A stretch of 64,000 nucleotides of DNA from Tricharina praecox. Its lineage: Eukaryota. Positions 1-12,387 of this stretch are shown one piece after another; within the stretch, counting starts at the first letter, position 1; each line of letters starts with the position of its first letter. The notes beneath the pieces are model-generated. The model did not search any database. It was not told where the DNA came from and saw nothing but the letters and a program-made list of their open reading frames with translations. The DNA is taken from NCBI RefSeq assembly GCF_024521635.1, contig NW_026250438.1, forward strand, positions 1-64,000, read 5' to 3'. The position numbers and the translations under genes are program-made.

Positions 1-127
1 CAAAAAGGTTGCGGATTCTCTCGCGCGCGACAGCTCCTTCCAGGATCACTGTCAGATCACGTACGCGCCCGATCCCTGCGCTGGGCCCTACGAGCTCCCT
101 CCGGTTTGCCCTGAAGAACCTCGCACA

Positions 128-595
128 ATGCACCAGGTAGCGAGCAACGTTCAAGTTGGTGACTCTTCAGGAAAGAAGGGTATTTCAAAGGGACGTGCCA
201 AGGCCAAGGGCGCAGCGGCACTGGAGGCCAAATCTTCTGCTACTTCCGGGGTTGGAGAGACTCCTTCGAAGAAGAAGAAACAGTCAAAGGGAAAGAAGCC
301 AGTTATCAATGCTGAAAATTTCCCTCCTCTTCCTGAGTCGGCGTCTCAGACCAAGAAGGCGGCGTCCGCGGTCGGAGAAAAGGAGCAGAATACGAACATT
401 TCTGCTACCTTCATCAAGAGTGCTTCAGCCATCACCACCACCACTGCCCTCCCGGTCACTCCAACCGAGTCAGTGAGCTTGGCTTCCGTGCCTGTCACTC
501 CGACCCGCATTCCCATCTTCGGAGACCTCGAACCCCTTGCTCAAAATGAGACTCCTCTCACGACTCACGTGGAGGCCGACCTCGCCGCCGAGTAG
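128..595 (+). CDS. Low-complexity K/S/T-rich ORF, possibly the 3' end of a gene or TE-associated ORF
   Basis: 155-aa ORF with basic (KKKKQSKGKK) and Thr/Pro-rich stretches; no recognisable domain; may start upstream of the window. Confidence 0.3.
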   Translation: MHQVASNVQVGDSSGKKGISKGRAKAKGAAALEAKSSATSGVGETPSKKKKQSKGKKPVINAENFPPLPESASQTKKAASAVGEKEQNTNISATFIKSASAITTTTALPVTPTESVSLASVPVTPTRIPIFGDLEPLAQNETPLTTHVEADLAAE

Positions 596-649
596 GGTCA
601 GACGAGAAAAGTACGAAATGGGGAATGTGGGGCCTAAAAGTTTGTGCGA

Positions 650-1215
650 TTTGGTAATATGGGGGGAAGGATCTCGGGGGTAATGGTTTGCTTTTCATGG
701 TAATGTGCAGGGAAGGATCTTGGGGATTTGCTTTCTGTTTTCGTTGCAAGTTGTGTTTCTTTCATCGTTTCTTTTCTGTTCGACAAGAGGGTCTTAGGGA
801 TTTACTCTTTCTCTGGTTCTCATACCTGTTTCTTTCCTAATTTGTTTCCCTTCTGTTACCGGGTGGATCTCGGGGCTTACTTTTTCTCTGGTTTTTTTGC
901 GTTGCTTTCGTGATTTGCTTCCTTCCATGATTTGCTTCCTTTCTGATGGGTGGATTCCGCCGCATGTTCTAGGGGCTTGGTGGGAATCCGGGTATGATTT
1001 TTCGCATTCCACTACGGTGTTGTTCTGGGGGGGATTGGGTCTACATGGGTGTTATGGTAATATGCGGGGAAGGATCTTGGGGATTTGCTTTTTGTCTGCT
1101 TTTCTTTCATGATTTGTTTGCTTTCTGATGGGTGGATTCCAGCGCATGTTCTGGGGGCTTGGTGGGGAGTCCGGGTGTGATATTCTTCTTTCTACTACTA
1201 CTACGGTGTTTGGGG
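650..1215. repeat. Local imperfect direct duplications
   Basis: GGTAAT...GGGAAGGATCT.GGGG recurs at ~652, ~699 and ~1056; segment ~925-1030 (TTTCTGATGGGTGGATTCC.GC.CATGTTCT...) recurs at ~1107-1215. Confidence 0.7.
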
Positions 1216-1830
1216 GGAGGGGGGCTTGTCAGGCAGAGGAAGTCGTCAGCACGAAGATACCAATGGGGCGTATCTCGGCGGGCTTTAGATACGTTGAAAG
1301 ACAATGGAACAACACGTTTCATGTTCACGAATCACGAGGGCTTTTACTTTGATCTCGATGTGGCATGATAATAGGAATGAGCACATTGAATTGTATGGAC
1401 TACTGGTATAGAAGTATTTATACCACGGACGGCGGCCATAAGCACTTCTCTTCATCCCGATTCCCGAGACATTACGTCAGCCTCCAGGGAGTTGGAGACA
1501 GTGAATCTAGGTCGCGGAGTAATATCTGAACTGAGGAAGCGAAGTTACCTATCGTAGATGATTCGTGACAACCGTACGCAGCGAGTGGCGTTTATACGAG
1601 TTCCTACCGTCGGTAAATAGCTCTCATCGATGATGCAGAATTATTGTAGGAAAGTCAGCAGTTTCCGGCAACAAAGCAGGTTGTCAGAATATCGGACGTC
1701 CGGATATGACGACTCGCTCTGTAGCGGGGCATCCGAGCGTGGATGACCTACTTTCCGAAGGTAACAATGCCAAGATACTGCCAAGTAGACGGACGCAATG
1801 AAGAAAATGAGAAAGATGTCGTATTAGCTA

Positions 1831-2960
1831 TTGTGGGACGCATCTCGAACCGACGTTATGTGGGCAGTTTTCGATCCTTGGCTGCGAACTCTGGACGGCC
1901 TTGTCGCCAAGACGATGGGGCTGGGTGTGGGCCCGGGTGCGATCTTGTTTAGGCTCGCATATTTTCATGTTCACTTATGCTTTGTTTTGATGGTTCTTGT
2001 CAGCTTGGGCGGTGTGGTGTCGGTCGATTGTTCTGTTCAGCCTTGCTGGCTTTGCCTGCACGCTATTGCTTTTGTTTTGATCGTTCCTGTTCGCTTGGGC
2101 GGTGTGGTGTCGGTTGATTGTGCTAGTGGGCAGGGTCGGCAATCTCTGGCTGCACCCGCCCTAGTGTGGGATGCAGCTGGAACTGACGTCTTGGCACCAT
2201 TTTTCGACTCTTGGCTGCGGAGCTTGGGTGGATTTGTTGCCAAGATGTTAAGACCGGCTGTCGTACCTGGGGCTGCCGGGGGGGACCTGTTTCTGTTTTG
2301 CTCGTCGATTCTGGTTTGTTTTGGTCGTTTGTGTTCTTCGTGACGGTTGTACGACGATGCGGTGGCGGCGAAAGTTCGCCGATCTGTCATATTTATACCG
2401 GCGGGTCTGTCTGTCTCTCTCTCATCCATCACGAGTGTCGTTCATCATCCATCATGACTATCCTTCAGGTGACAGGTCCGCCACTTGTTCATCTGCTCTT
2501 TCTGCTTGTTACTTTCTTGACACTAGTTCTCCTTTGATTTTTCTACGTGCGCTCCTTTTTAATACTGGGTCTCACGACTCGTTTCTTAATGTTTTAATTA
2601 ATCTCTTCTCGTGACCTACATATGGTTCGCCCCACCCACCCCTGAAGACAACCCGTCACTACCAAGTCGGCTGTGGGCCCCTCCGGTCCCGTTTAATATC
2701 TACTTGATTTGTGGTAGTTAGTAGTCTGGTGAATTTCATTTGTGTGATGTCTTGCTTGTATGTAATCTCTCCAGTGTGTCTGTTCGCTGTCCACCTGGAT
2801 TCTACAGGAGGTCTCTTTGGTGTGTCCCCATTTCTTCACCCCCTACCTCCTGAACTTCACAGGAGGTCTCTTTCCCGCCCGACCCGTTTCTTCTCCACTG
2901 ACTCTCTTGACTCACTTTTCCCTCTCTACGTCACCTAGGGCACCTCGGTCCTTAGTGCTT
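1831..2960. mobile_element. Degenerate dispersed repeat (probable retroelement remnant)
   Basis: 1831-2012 matches the reverse complement of ~24552-24735, next to the Gypsy RNase H fragment. 2365-2430, ~2605 and ~2935 match ~26225-26550 in direct orientation. Internal duplication: ~1832-1915 vs ~2164-2250. Confidence 0.6.
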
Positions 2961-3582
2961 TACCGTCCGGCTACGTTCGGTTGCTCCCGCAAGTCGAGTG
3001 ATCTGTGTTCCAACGGCGGGTGATGGGCGGTGCTATCAATGAACGAGCAACAGAGACCCCCAAACGAGAGCGAGTGACAGCCTATGCAATCGTACGAGTG
3101 ATAGCACATGCAGCCGTGTCGCACCCACCCGTCAGGATCAGGGTGACAGATACTCTCGTATATGAAGCTTGTATATGTAGAGAGAGAGCTGCTCGCCTTA
3201 TTCTTTCTGTGCCGAATTCATTATCAGTCTTCTACCTTCCACAGTATTCAACACAGGCGAGCTCGCGGGATGGTCAACAGGACACTGCGGTTTGCGGACT
3301 CACACGACGGCAGTCATCAACTCTTTTACGGTAATCTAGAGACTGGATGGCACACCTATCTGTTATGTCGAATGGAGTTCAAATCACGGGCAACCAGCTG
3401 ACAACCTCAGCGTATCTACAATATTGCCAATTCACAAGTCACTTTCAAAACCGGTCATCGCGCGTAACTCCAAATCAAATCTCCATTCAAATCTCCATCC
3501 CCTTTCCCGTTCCCTTTCCCGTTCCCATTCTCAACTGACAGAAGAACGATGCGCTGCGAGCTGAAGCAGAAGGACCGAGAGA

Positions 3583-5854
3583 TCAGAGAGCGGCGGCGCT
3601 CTGCTGCTCCTCGTCCGTCTGCTTCTGGATGAGGTCGGCGGCGTCCATGATCTCCATCACCATCTGCAGCTTCCAGGCGGTGTAATTGGCCACTTCGCTC
3701 GAGAGGAAGTGGTTTCCAAGAAGCTGGATGAGCTTCTCGGCGCCTTGGAGCCGCTCGATCAGCAGCCAATCCGGCTCGCAGAGGGTCTTGTGGGGGAGTC
3801 CGTCGACGACTCGTCCCCAACCGGCGATGATCTTGGCGGCCTGGCGGACCAGCAAGACGTTACGGTCGCTGAATGCACCGTGCTTGAGGAACGCCTCGCA
3901 GTTCTTCTGGAGGAGGCGGTGCTGCACGTCGAGCGGAAACATGAACCCGGAGGGTCGGTACCTCTTCTGCGAGGGGCCCTCGAACATGCTCCAGGAGCCG
4001 CCCTCCCACGCCCGAATCTCGCGGTTGAGATTCGCCTCGTCGAGGAGGTCCTCGTGCTGCAACAGGAAGTTCGAGATTGCGGTGGAGACCGTGAGCTCGA
4101 ACTTCGCGTAGAAGTGCGCCTGGCGAGCCGGAGAAAGTGAAACACGGTGTGATCGGACCATTGTGGCCGGGTTGGTTGGATCGGATGAGTGCTTCGGTTT
4201 GAGCTTGAGAATGTTGAGGACTTTGTCACCGATGCTGCGATGTTCCGGGTCGGCGGTGCTGTCGAGTGTGTTGTTGCGAGAACGATTGATGTGTTCAACA
4301 AGCTCAGCTACCGTGGGGGCATCTGTAGGTGTCTCGCCGCCACCGCTTCCCGAAGCTAGTCCGACGTGCTCCTGCTTGTCCAGATGAGACTTGGTCTGCT
4401 CGGCGACACGCCCTAGCAAGGTTTCCTTGAAGTTGGTGAAGTTTGCAGTAGGCTTGGACTTCGGCAGCCGAGCCTCGTCACCCATTGGTCGCCCTCCCGT
4501 CAACTGTAGGAGCGCCTCTGCGATGGTGTTAGCGATGAATCAGCACATGGCGGGGTGTGGTCACTTACCCGTGTGCCTCCCATCCCAGTAACCCTCACCA
4601 CCAGCAGATTCTAAGGAACGATTAGATTTTACTTCATCCATCGCCAACGAACCAACAAACGGAACAACTTACTATTGGCATCAAAATCCACATCAAGAGT
4701 GTGCTTCGACTCGGGCTGGGTCTGCGGTTTCGTAGGCTCGGACCACTTTCTCGGTGCGATCATCTTGTTCGACTCAGGAATCTGGCGGGGCTCCGATGCC
4801 ATCCTCGGCTCAGGCTTCTTCTGCGGCAACGAAACCTTCCTACCTGTCGACATCTTCCTTGGGGCAAACAGCAGAGACTCTTTGGGAGCTTCTGGATCAG
4901 CAGCAGTCGTGTATCCACTAGGTACGTTGTTTGGATTCATCGAACCCGGACCGTGCTTCTTGTAAGCCGTCGCCAAATCGTCCAAGACAAAGTGCTGAAC
5001 AGTTCCACCAGGCCGGTTCTGACCCAACACCGCTGGAGCGCCGCTAGATGGGGCAGGGTTCATCGGGGGGCTCTGCGCATACTGATAGCCTTGAGCGACA
5101 GGCATCGTTCCATGACTGAGTCCAGCGACAATGTGATGAGGTTGCTGCTGATGCGGCTGAGCGGACGGCATCATTCGATGATTGGGTCCGGCGACAACGT
5201 GAGGAGGTTGCTGCTGATGCGGCTGAGCGGAAGGCATCATTCGATGATTGGGTCCCGCAACAATTTGAGGCAGTTGCTGCTGATGCTGCTGAGCGAAAGG
5301 CATCATTCGAGGACCGGGTCCAGCGACGACTTGAGGAATTTGCTGCTGCTGCATCGCATGATACCCATAGCCCAATGTTTCTGGCTGCTTCGGCACCGAA
5401 TGATATCCATATCCCGACGATTGCGCTTGCGACGGCACGCTCGAGCTTATCTGCTGCTGTCCCATGCCTCTGTCAAAACCCATGGCCCGCTCTCGCGCCT
5501 CTCTCGGGTGCTGCTGGCGCTGCTCGGCGCTCGACATCATCACCGGCCGCGGAGCGACATACTGGCGGTGATTTTCAGCCAGCTCGTTGTCAGTATATGA
5601 AGCCATTACGTTTTCCGCTGCATCACACATAGCGTCAACACCGAACGACAGAGGCGATCGTCATGCGACAACTCCAATACAAACTCGGCGAAAGAAAACT
5701 TACATCCATCGTACCACGCACCAGCTGAGCCTCCACCAAAGCGGGTCGAGTCCGTGCCTCGGGAGTCTTCGGAGCCCTTGGAGTCCTTCGACGCGGTCGA
5801 ATCCTGACGCGCCAGGTTCTGGTCGGGAAATTGGTAGGGATTGTGGTTATACAT
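3583..5854 (-). CDS. Hypothetical protein, 4 exons, with Q/P-rich repeats and a helical C-terminal domain
   Basis: Model complement(join(3583..4517,4569..4610,4673..5617,5704..5854)). All three introns are GTAAGT...AG, phase 1, with branch-like motifs, and join ORFs 5606..5854, 4629..5630 and 3583..4503 in frame. Confidence 0.8.
5100..5355 (-). repeat. Coding tandem repeat, ~66-bp (22-aa) unit, about 4 copies
   Basis: QQQ.P..VAGP.HRMMP.AQ.H units; GCGGA.GGCATCATTCGATGATTGGGTCC at 5161 and 5227. Confidence 0.85.
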
Positions 5855-7613
5855 TTCGCGGATTAGTCGGGAATTTGAATGCGAATGACCGAGGTTATAA
5901 TTGGTTGAACTAAAACGAGTGGCGAGAGGGAATTTGTGGTTGTGCGAAGAAGTGGAGATGTGTGAATCAAGCGAAGAAGAGGTTGTTTGGGTAGGAAGGT
6001 GGGTGTGGGTAGGAAGGTGAAGGTGTTGTGGGTAGGAAGGTGAGTCTCAAACCGAAGCCCTACAGGATATCCGAAAGGCTGTGGAACTCACCGAACTCTA
6101 GGCTGATTACTGGAAGGGGATATCTCGCCAAGCGCGGCTGAAATACGTTCGAAGACATAGGGTTGTCGTGAGAATCGGTAGCGTGACTGATACTCCGCGG
6201 AGCGGGATGACAGCTACGCCGTGGATGGGCTGAGGAATACCCGGTGGGTGGGATGGGGAATACCTGGTGGTTGGGATGAGGGCTACAATGCGGAAGATGA
6301 TCGCGAGCGAAGAGCCGCTCCCGGAGCTATGGGAAAACTGGAGGATGTAGAAGCAGGTCTTCTACCAGAATTCACTGCAGAAGATCTATAACTCCACATT
6401 CATACCTAGAAGGTCATTCTGCGGATTTGTCACGGAGATGGCTGATCTATAGTGCAATTGGACGGCCAGAATATCCACTCCGAAATTCACCATCGCTAGT
6501 GTCTGAGGATTCGCAATTGCACTTCCGATCCGACGATACAGGACAATAACAAGCCGTGACCGGTGTGGTAATTTTAGGTCACGAATTATGACAATCAACC
6601 CGCATCACCTCACCATGGGGTCATTTGAATCTGGCTTTTGCGGTGGTATTTATGGTATCCGAGACTGAAAATAGCCGTGGGGTTACCGTAGGAGCATGTG
6701 AATGGGATGTGTTTCGTAGCGTATGGCTGATCTCGACGGTAGACGGCTACCTACTTATGGTCACTAGGAATCAAACGGCCAAACGAACAATTGTTACGTT
6801 GGGAGTAAAGCTCCTCTATTATTGAGTTCGTTTCACCTGGAAATATCGGCTTATGACATGCACCGAGTTCTTGATCAGACGCGAAGCAACCTCCAGCAGT
6901 CAGAGAATCGTAGGATCAGAAGGCTGCGTGGCAAACACTGAAGCGGCGGATGAACATATGGTCGAGTGATACGATACGCAGAGATTGATGTGATCATGAG
7001 AAGACAGTCTTTACTCGGATACATCTATGAGCCCAGTCGTTACTAGTGGTCATTTGCGCACGGAACTAATAAAGCCCACTGCATCGTCAAAGATATTGTA
7101 CAATGCAAGGTGTTCTCACAAATTCTCGAAGACTATCTGGAGCAGATAAGAATTATGCGGATAGGTGACGATTGGATGCCCGGGGCGGCGATGAGTAAAA
7201 CGGCCGATATTTTGGCTGCCCTAACTTCTACAAAGGTTGAATAGAACTTCTGGTTAGTACGACGAGGTTAAGGCTGGGTTACAGGTGCTTGGGAAGTTTT
7301 CGAATTCGGAGAACCAGCTGGTGCTACCGCGCGTCCGTGATAATAGGAGAGGTGTCTTGTCTTCAGTTAGGATCTTGGGGGTAGAAACACAATAAAAGCC
7401 GGATGGCTTGAATAAATCAGGAGGTAAATTTTCTCCGGTTTTTTTGCGGGGTGAAAACAGTCCGAGTGATACCATGTGTCACTGTGTTGCCTCGACCAAG
7501 TAACTCAACCCATCCGAGTTGAGCTTGCAGCACACACTTTGCCTGGCCTCACGCTTCTCCCAACAGCTCAGCATCCTTCTAGAGCCACGTATCAAACCAT
7601 CCTTTTACGCTTC

Positions 7614-8230
7614 ATGGCGAAAACCATTGCGAAAAAGAGTGGCCGCAAATCCTCGACAGCGATAAGAACAAGTATCTCCCCCCATCCCGATGGTCCGCAT
7701 TTACTGATACCGACAGGCTTATCCGGCAAAGTCGTCAAGCCTAAAAGCAACGTCCGCGGTGCGTTCCCTCCTCCGCTCCTCCCGCTCACCCACTGACTTT
7801 CCACAGTCGGCGACCCGCCTCCCTTGCCGCCCAAGCGCCGTGCGAAACCAGGCGTGAAAGCCCTTAGGGAGATCCAAAAGTTCCAGAAGACCACCGAGCT
7901 TCTGCTGCGAAAGCTGCCGTTCGCCAGGCTGGTCAAGGAGATCGCCAATGACTACACCAACGGCAAGCATCTGGGATACTCCACCGGCTTGGGGGAGCAG
8001 CTCAGGTTCCAGTCGCACGCTATTCTGGCGATGCAGGAGGCTGCGGAAGCGTTCCTGGTGCACTTATTCGAGGATACTAATCTGGTATGTCGTAGTGACC
8101 GAGGAAGGGTGCCATGAAGGGGGGCTGACGGTGAGAATAGTGCGCAATTCATGCGAAGAGGGTCACCATCATGGCGAAAGATATGCAGCTTGCGCGTCGG
8201 TTGAGGGGTGCTTGGGGTGGACTGGGATAA
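7614..8230 (+). CDS. CENH3: Centromeric histone H3 variant (CENP-A/Cse4/Cnp1 family), 155 aa
   Basis: join(7614..7671,7717..7758,7807..8084,8141..8230). Histone fold [34 protein letters not shown]...[27 protein letters not shown]. Non-H3 N-tail, Ala at the H3 Q68 position, extended loop 1, and C-terminal RGAWGGLG typical of filamentous-fungal CenH3. Confidence 0.92.
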
Positions 8231-9145
8231 ACCAGGCGAGATAGGAGATGGGTTTAGATCATTGATCTGCAAATTCGGTGTTTCTGACGGCTGCGACGTT
8301 CCGGCGAACTGGGTGATTGTGACCGAGCTTGCTCACCGGGTGTACTCTGAACTTTCTGCGATCCTTGAACCTGGAACCCTTCTCCATGACCTGCCGCTGT
8401 TCATTATCCTTCCTAAACTACTGGGACAAAGAATTGCACAGAGCCCATTTTTGACCAAAATGTCCACTTTCAACCACCGATAAAATAACCCAAACGAATC
8501 GAAAAAAAATGAGAAAATTGAGGGACCTCTATAACTTCGCCGCCAACGATATGGGAACTCCGTACGGAGTTATGAATTGTTGGCGTTGGGCAATACCATA
8601 CGGGGGAACAGTTAATGGTTGCCCAGTAGCTTTTTGTATGGGAGCCCCATACAAAATGTAATGTCACATTTCAACTCGTGCACAATACAACATCGTAGAA
8701 CCCCAATCCGTGATGAAAGTCGTCAAAGTTTTATTGATGAAGAACCTTGTGTTTCTAAACGCTTCTGTGAAAGAGGAGTTTTTTCGACCTGGTGGAGCGT
8801 AGGTTTATGTTGCTTGCAAATTGGCATAGCATTGGTGTAAAACGGGCCCTGTCGAATCCTTTTTGTCACTGTAGTTGATATCGACTCAAGATGGGGAATC
8901 TACCACCAGCCTCCTTGGCTTGTCGCATCGCAAGGACTACAATGTACCTGCCCTAGGCGAGACAGTATCCCCGGTAGGTATGATTTTGTTTTTCCGCGGC
9001 TGTCAAGAGTTCATGATTGCCACAAAGCTCAGGGCAGGATACGGCAACATTTTTTCTCCTTGATTCAGAATCCTCCGCGTGGGCCATTTTCACTTAATTG
9101 AAGGGCATTCATATCGACAGGGGAATGACGCGGTGACCTACCCAC

Positions 9146-9321
9146 TGTTAGAGCGAGATGTTGCCCTAGCACTGGTGACTGGTGGGGTTAGCCCTAGGGT
9201 AGGAGGTGTTCGTTGTTTGTCTCGGCACCTTGTACTATATATCTCTCCTTACTTTGTAGTTTAAACACATACACACAACTACCACTACCCACACCATCGA
9301 CGACCGATCCTTCGACTAACA
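9146..9321. mobile_element. Solo LTR (176 bp)
   Basis: Starts TGTTAG and ends CTAACA (6-bp inverted termini); flanked by CCAC (9142-9145 and 9322-9325); internal TATATA. Confidence 0.7.
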
Positions 9322-9540
9322 CCACCCTCCCATCGGTTATAAGACGTGATTCGAAATTCCCGCCGCGACAACGGTGGCGGAGTCCTACGTCTCGTCCTAC
9401 GTCTCTCGGTAGTTTGTTTTCTGTGGGTAACCCCCACTTAGCGATTTCGTTCTTTCCTGCCTCCAGCCCTTGCCCCTCCTCCTCGCCGCCTCGTCGCCTG
9501 ATGCCTCCTCTGCTGAGCCCTTGCGCTCGCCTCCCCAGGC

Positions 9541-9842
9541 TCTACAAGCTCTGGACAGCGTTAGCCCAGAGCCAGAGAAGGGTGACAAACGTGCTGGAGA
9601 GGATGATGCCGTTGGTACTCACGGACCAGTCCTCGGTGCAATCCGCACTCCTTTCCTTCCTCTGCCCACGCCCCCCGCCCCCCTTGCCGCCCCCGATGCT
9701 TGAATGGGGCACCTCCCCTGAGCCGTCGTGCTCACCTCTCCAGACTCTACCAGCTCTGGACAGCGTTAGCCCAGAGCCAGAGAAGGGTGACAAACGGGCT
9801 GGAGAAGATGATGCAGGCGGTACTCACGGAGCAGTCATCGGG
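9541..9842. repeat. ~95-bp imperfect direct repeat, offset 205 bp
   Basis: AGCTCTGGACAGCGTTAGCCCAGAGCCAGAGAAGGGTGACAAACG is identical in 9541-9636 and 9746-9842. Confidence 0.9.
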
Positions 9843-10696
9843 GGCTTCCCCTACCCCTTATCATGTCTTCATCCCAGCTGCAGAGTCCTTCCTGCTCTGG
9901 TAAAAAATTTTGCCCTGCCTTTGCCCCCTCCGTCTTCCCTGGCACACACCTAGTGCTAGGTGGACAAAGAACTTACCATTCTTTGCTCCCTGACCTTAGA
10001 CGGAGTTCAGAAATCGCTGACGAAGTTCAAATCATAGGTTCACTTGTGCTGGATGATTCTGAGGTTGTTTCTGGAAGGATACGGGGGCTGGTTGCAATTT
10101 GGTGTCTTCTTCTGTTGCAGATAGTAATGGAATATTTACCCAAGCTCTCTCCCGCCCTTACGCGCTCCACAGTGTCTCGGGGCCCGCGTGTATACTCTCA
10201 CGACTAGATTCCATGATCCATTCAAGAATCGTTCCCGATCTGCCACCGGCCTTTTCCCTCCCCTCCCACATCCGTTGCTGGTTTCCCACGAGTCCGTCCG
10301 CATGCTAGTCGTGGCGCCCCACATTTTACCTCCGGCTCCCGGCGTGGATCCAGGTGGGCGGATATTGCCGAGCTCGCTACTAAAACACCGGGCGAACTGA
10401 CGGGACCGTTGACACGGGTCAGATTTAGAGCTTACCCAAGGCTAGGGCACGCGTGGGCCGCCGCAGAGATTCGTATCATACATCGACAACGGAGTCTGCG
10501 CCCACCGCGCATTGCATACTCCGGCACCCAGCTGGGTGATGCAGTCGAACTCACGAGTACTCGGTAGTACAATCGCCGGTATGCCCTTCATCAGCGGAAG
10601 AGGCCCATTGCGGGAGTGATGTTGGACTGCTGGAACCCGGCATCGGCCGGCGAGTGGATATCATCTTCGTACATACTGCGAGGCAGCACCTGGGAG

Positions 10697-11072
10697 CAGT
10701 GTTCTACATAGTCCAGTCCGTCCGTCCTGGGCCTCGGACCGGACTAGACTGTATCTCGGCAGTCCGTCCGGAAGCGGTCTTCGGACGGACGAGTCCAAAA
10801 GATTTTGAGGTCAGGACGGACTGCAGTCCAATGCCAAGGGATGGAGAAAATTGTTTTCCTTCAGTAATCGCAAAATCACGCCAAACTAAGGCAAAATAGA
10901 AAAGTGATAGAAAATATCACGTAGTAGGAACATTCCGCATTAAAATGTCACGTCATAGGGAAGAGTTTTTTTCTGCCTTAGTTTGGCGTAATCCTGCGAT
11001 CACGAGAAGGAAAACATTTTCTTCATTTCTTGGCACTGGACTGCAGTCCCGACCGGACTATGTAGAACACTG
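10697..11072. mobile_element. hAT-type MITE (376 bp)
   Basis: Perfect 18-bp TIR CAGTGTTCTACATAGTCC / GGACTATGTAGAACACTG; perfect 8-bp TSD CCTGGGAG (10689-10696 and 11073-11080); internal ~80-bp imperfect inverted repeat 10818-10899 / ~10968-11049. Confidence 0.92.
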
Positions 11073-11881
11073 CCTGGGAGAATGTTTTTGGCTTAGTCTG
11101 TAGTTCCGTGCGGTGGAGCTCTCCACTGTAGAACGAGATTTTCTCTGGCGGATTGCACTGTAATGGTAGTGGTGAAGACAGCAGCGGCGAGGGGACATCG
11201 TGTCGGTATGAAAGTGGAGGCTGAGGTTGACACGGTTTTTGATCCCGCGGAGCCCGATACTTCATGTACATAGTGTCAAGCTTTAGTCGCCTGGAGATCT
11301 CGGCACGAATTAAGGTTTAGCGGTGGAGTCTCGACAGCCGCGACGGACCGTCGACGAGTATATGGTTACGCGGCGGCGAACTTTGATTTTGATGGGCGGC
11401 GAACTTTTATTGGCGGCGAACTTTGATGGGCAGCCCCTCAGTCTTAAATAGAGGTCTTTGCCGTAGACGCTAGGTGCTTCTTTTTTCTTCTGTATCGAAT
11501 ACAATATCTCATCCCATCTACTCGAATGTTCAATTCATTGTATTCTTGCCTATGCCCGGTGGAGGGACTGCAGCTTGAGAGGTGGGCTGGGTGCTTGAAA
11601 GGCGAGTTGCAGTAGTGGCACATGACGAATGGTATGTCCTAGTAGAGCGATGCGTGGGTCTTCATGACGGTGAAGCGGGTGTGACAGCCTTATTGTCGAT
11701 CGTGATCGTTCTTGCCTATCACAGGTATAGTAGAGGCCTGAATTATCATAGCTCCTAAGCATCCCGCAATTCCGTAGAATCGCCTTTCCAAACGCATCCC
11801 CTTCTCACGTCACATATCATTCGCTATGCCATGTCGCTACATCCCGATTCCCATCAGTAGCCATGTTCTCACAGTTTCACA

Positions 11882-12387
11882 TCAAATCGCCTCATCGTCT
11901 TTCGTCGTCTCCTTCCCTCCCCACCCCTGCCACATCACCCCCTTCTTCTGCACCTCGCCATAATACCCCACCTGCACGCCTTCGTCAAGTAGCAACTGCT
12001 TATGGCTGGTCTGTCTGATCCTGAGTTCATCCGGTCTCCTTCCTGCCTTCAAGATCCGGTGGAGCGGGTTCGTACTCGACAAGACTGCATTGTCTGTGAT
12101 AGGACGTCTTAGCGGATGGGAGGGGGGGAAGGCGAAGGATAGCGGAACGGGAGGGGGGAAGCGTTACTCACTCAGCGCCCGCTCGACTATGATCTCGGGC
12201 GTTGACATAAACCTTGCCAGGGAGGTTATGGAGGTGACGCTGCCGGGAGGGATTGTCGAGAGGTGTTTGAAGACGTTCTGTATGTGCGGCAATAGTTAGC
12301 AGTGACGACCCGTGACTGTACGAGGAGGAGGAGGAGAAGGGGACGTACGCGCTGGAATTCCACGAAGTAGGCGTTGCGGGGTGCCAT
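11882..12387 (-). CDS. Alkyltransferase-like protein (MGMT/ATL fold), PLHR variant, 118 aa
   Basis: complement(join(11882..12093,12172..12277,12349..12387)); introns GTACGT..GCTAAC..CAG and GTGAGT..CAG. Protein: MAPRNAYFVEFQRNVFKHLSTIPPGSVTSITSLARFMSTPEIIVERALNNAVLSSTNPLHRILKAG...HKQLLLDEGVQV. Follows the FQ.RV...IP.G.V.TY...PCHRV...LL.EG pattern of O6-alkylguanine alkyltransferases. Confidence 0.72.

Noticed and set aside
3004..3255. LTR-like segment TGTGTT...AACACA
   Set aside because: Flanks show no target-site duplication.
3686..5600. Long + strand ORFs overlapping the 3583-5854 gene
   Set aside because: Antisense shadows of GC-rich coding sequence; the same holds for ORFs opposite the HET, tyrosinase and MBOAT genes.
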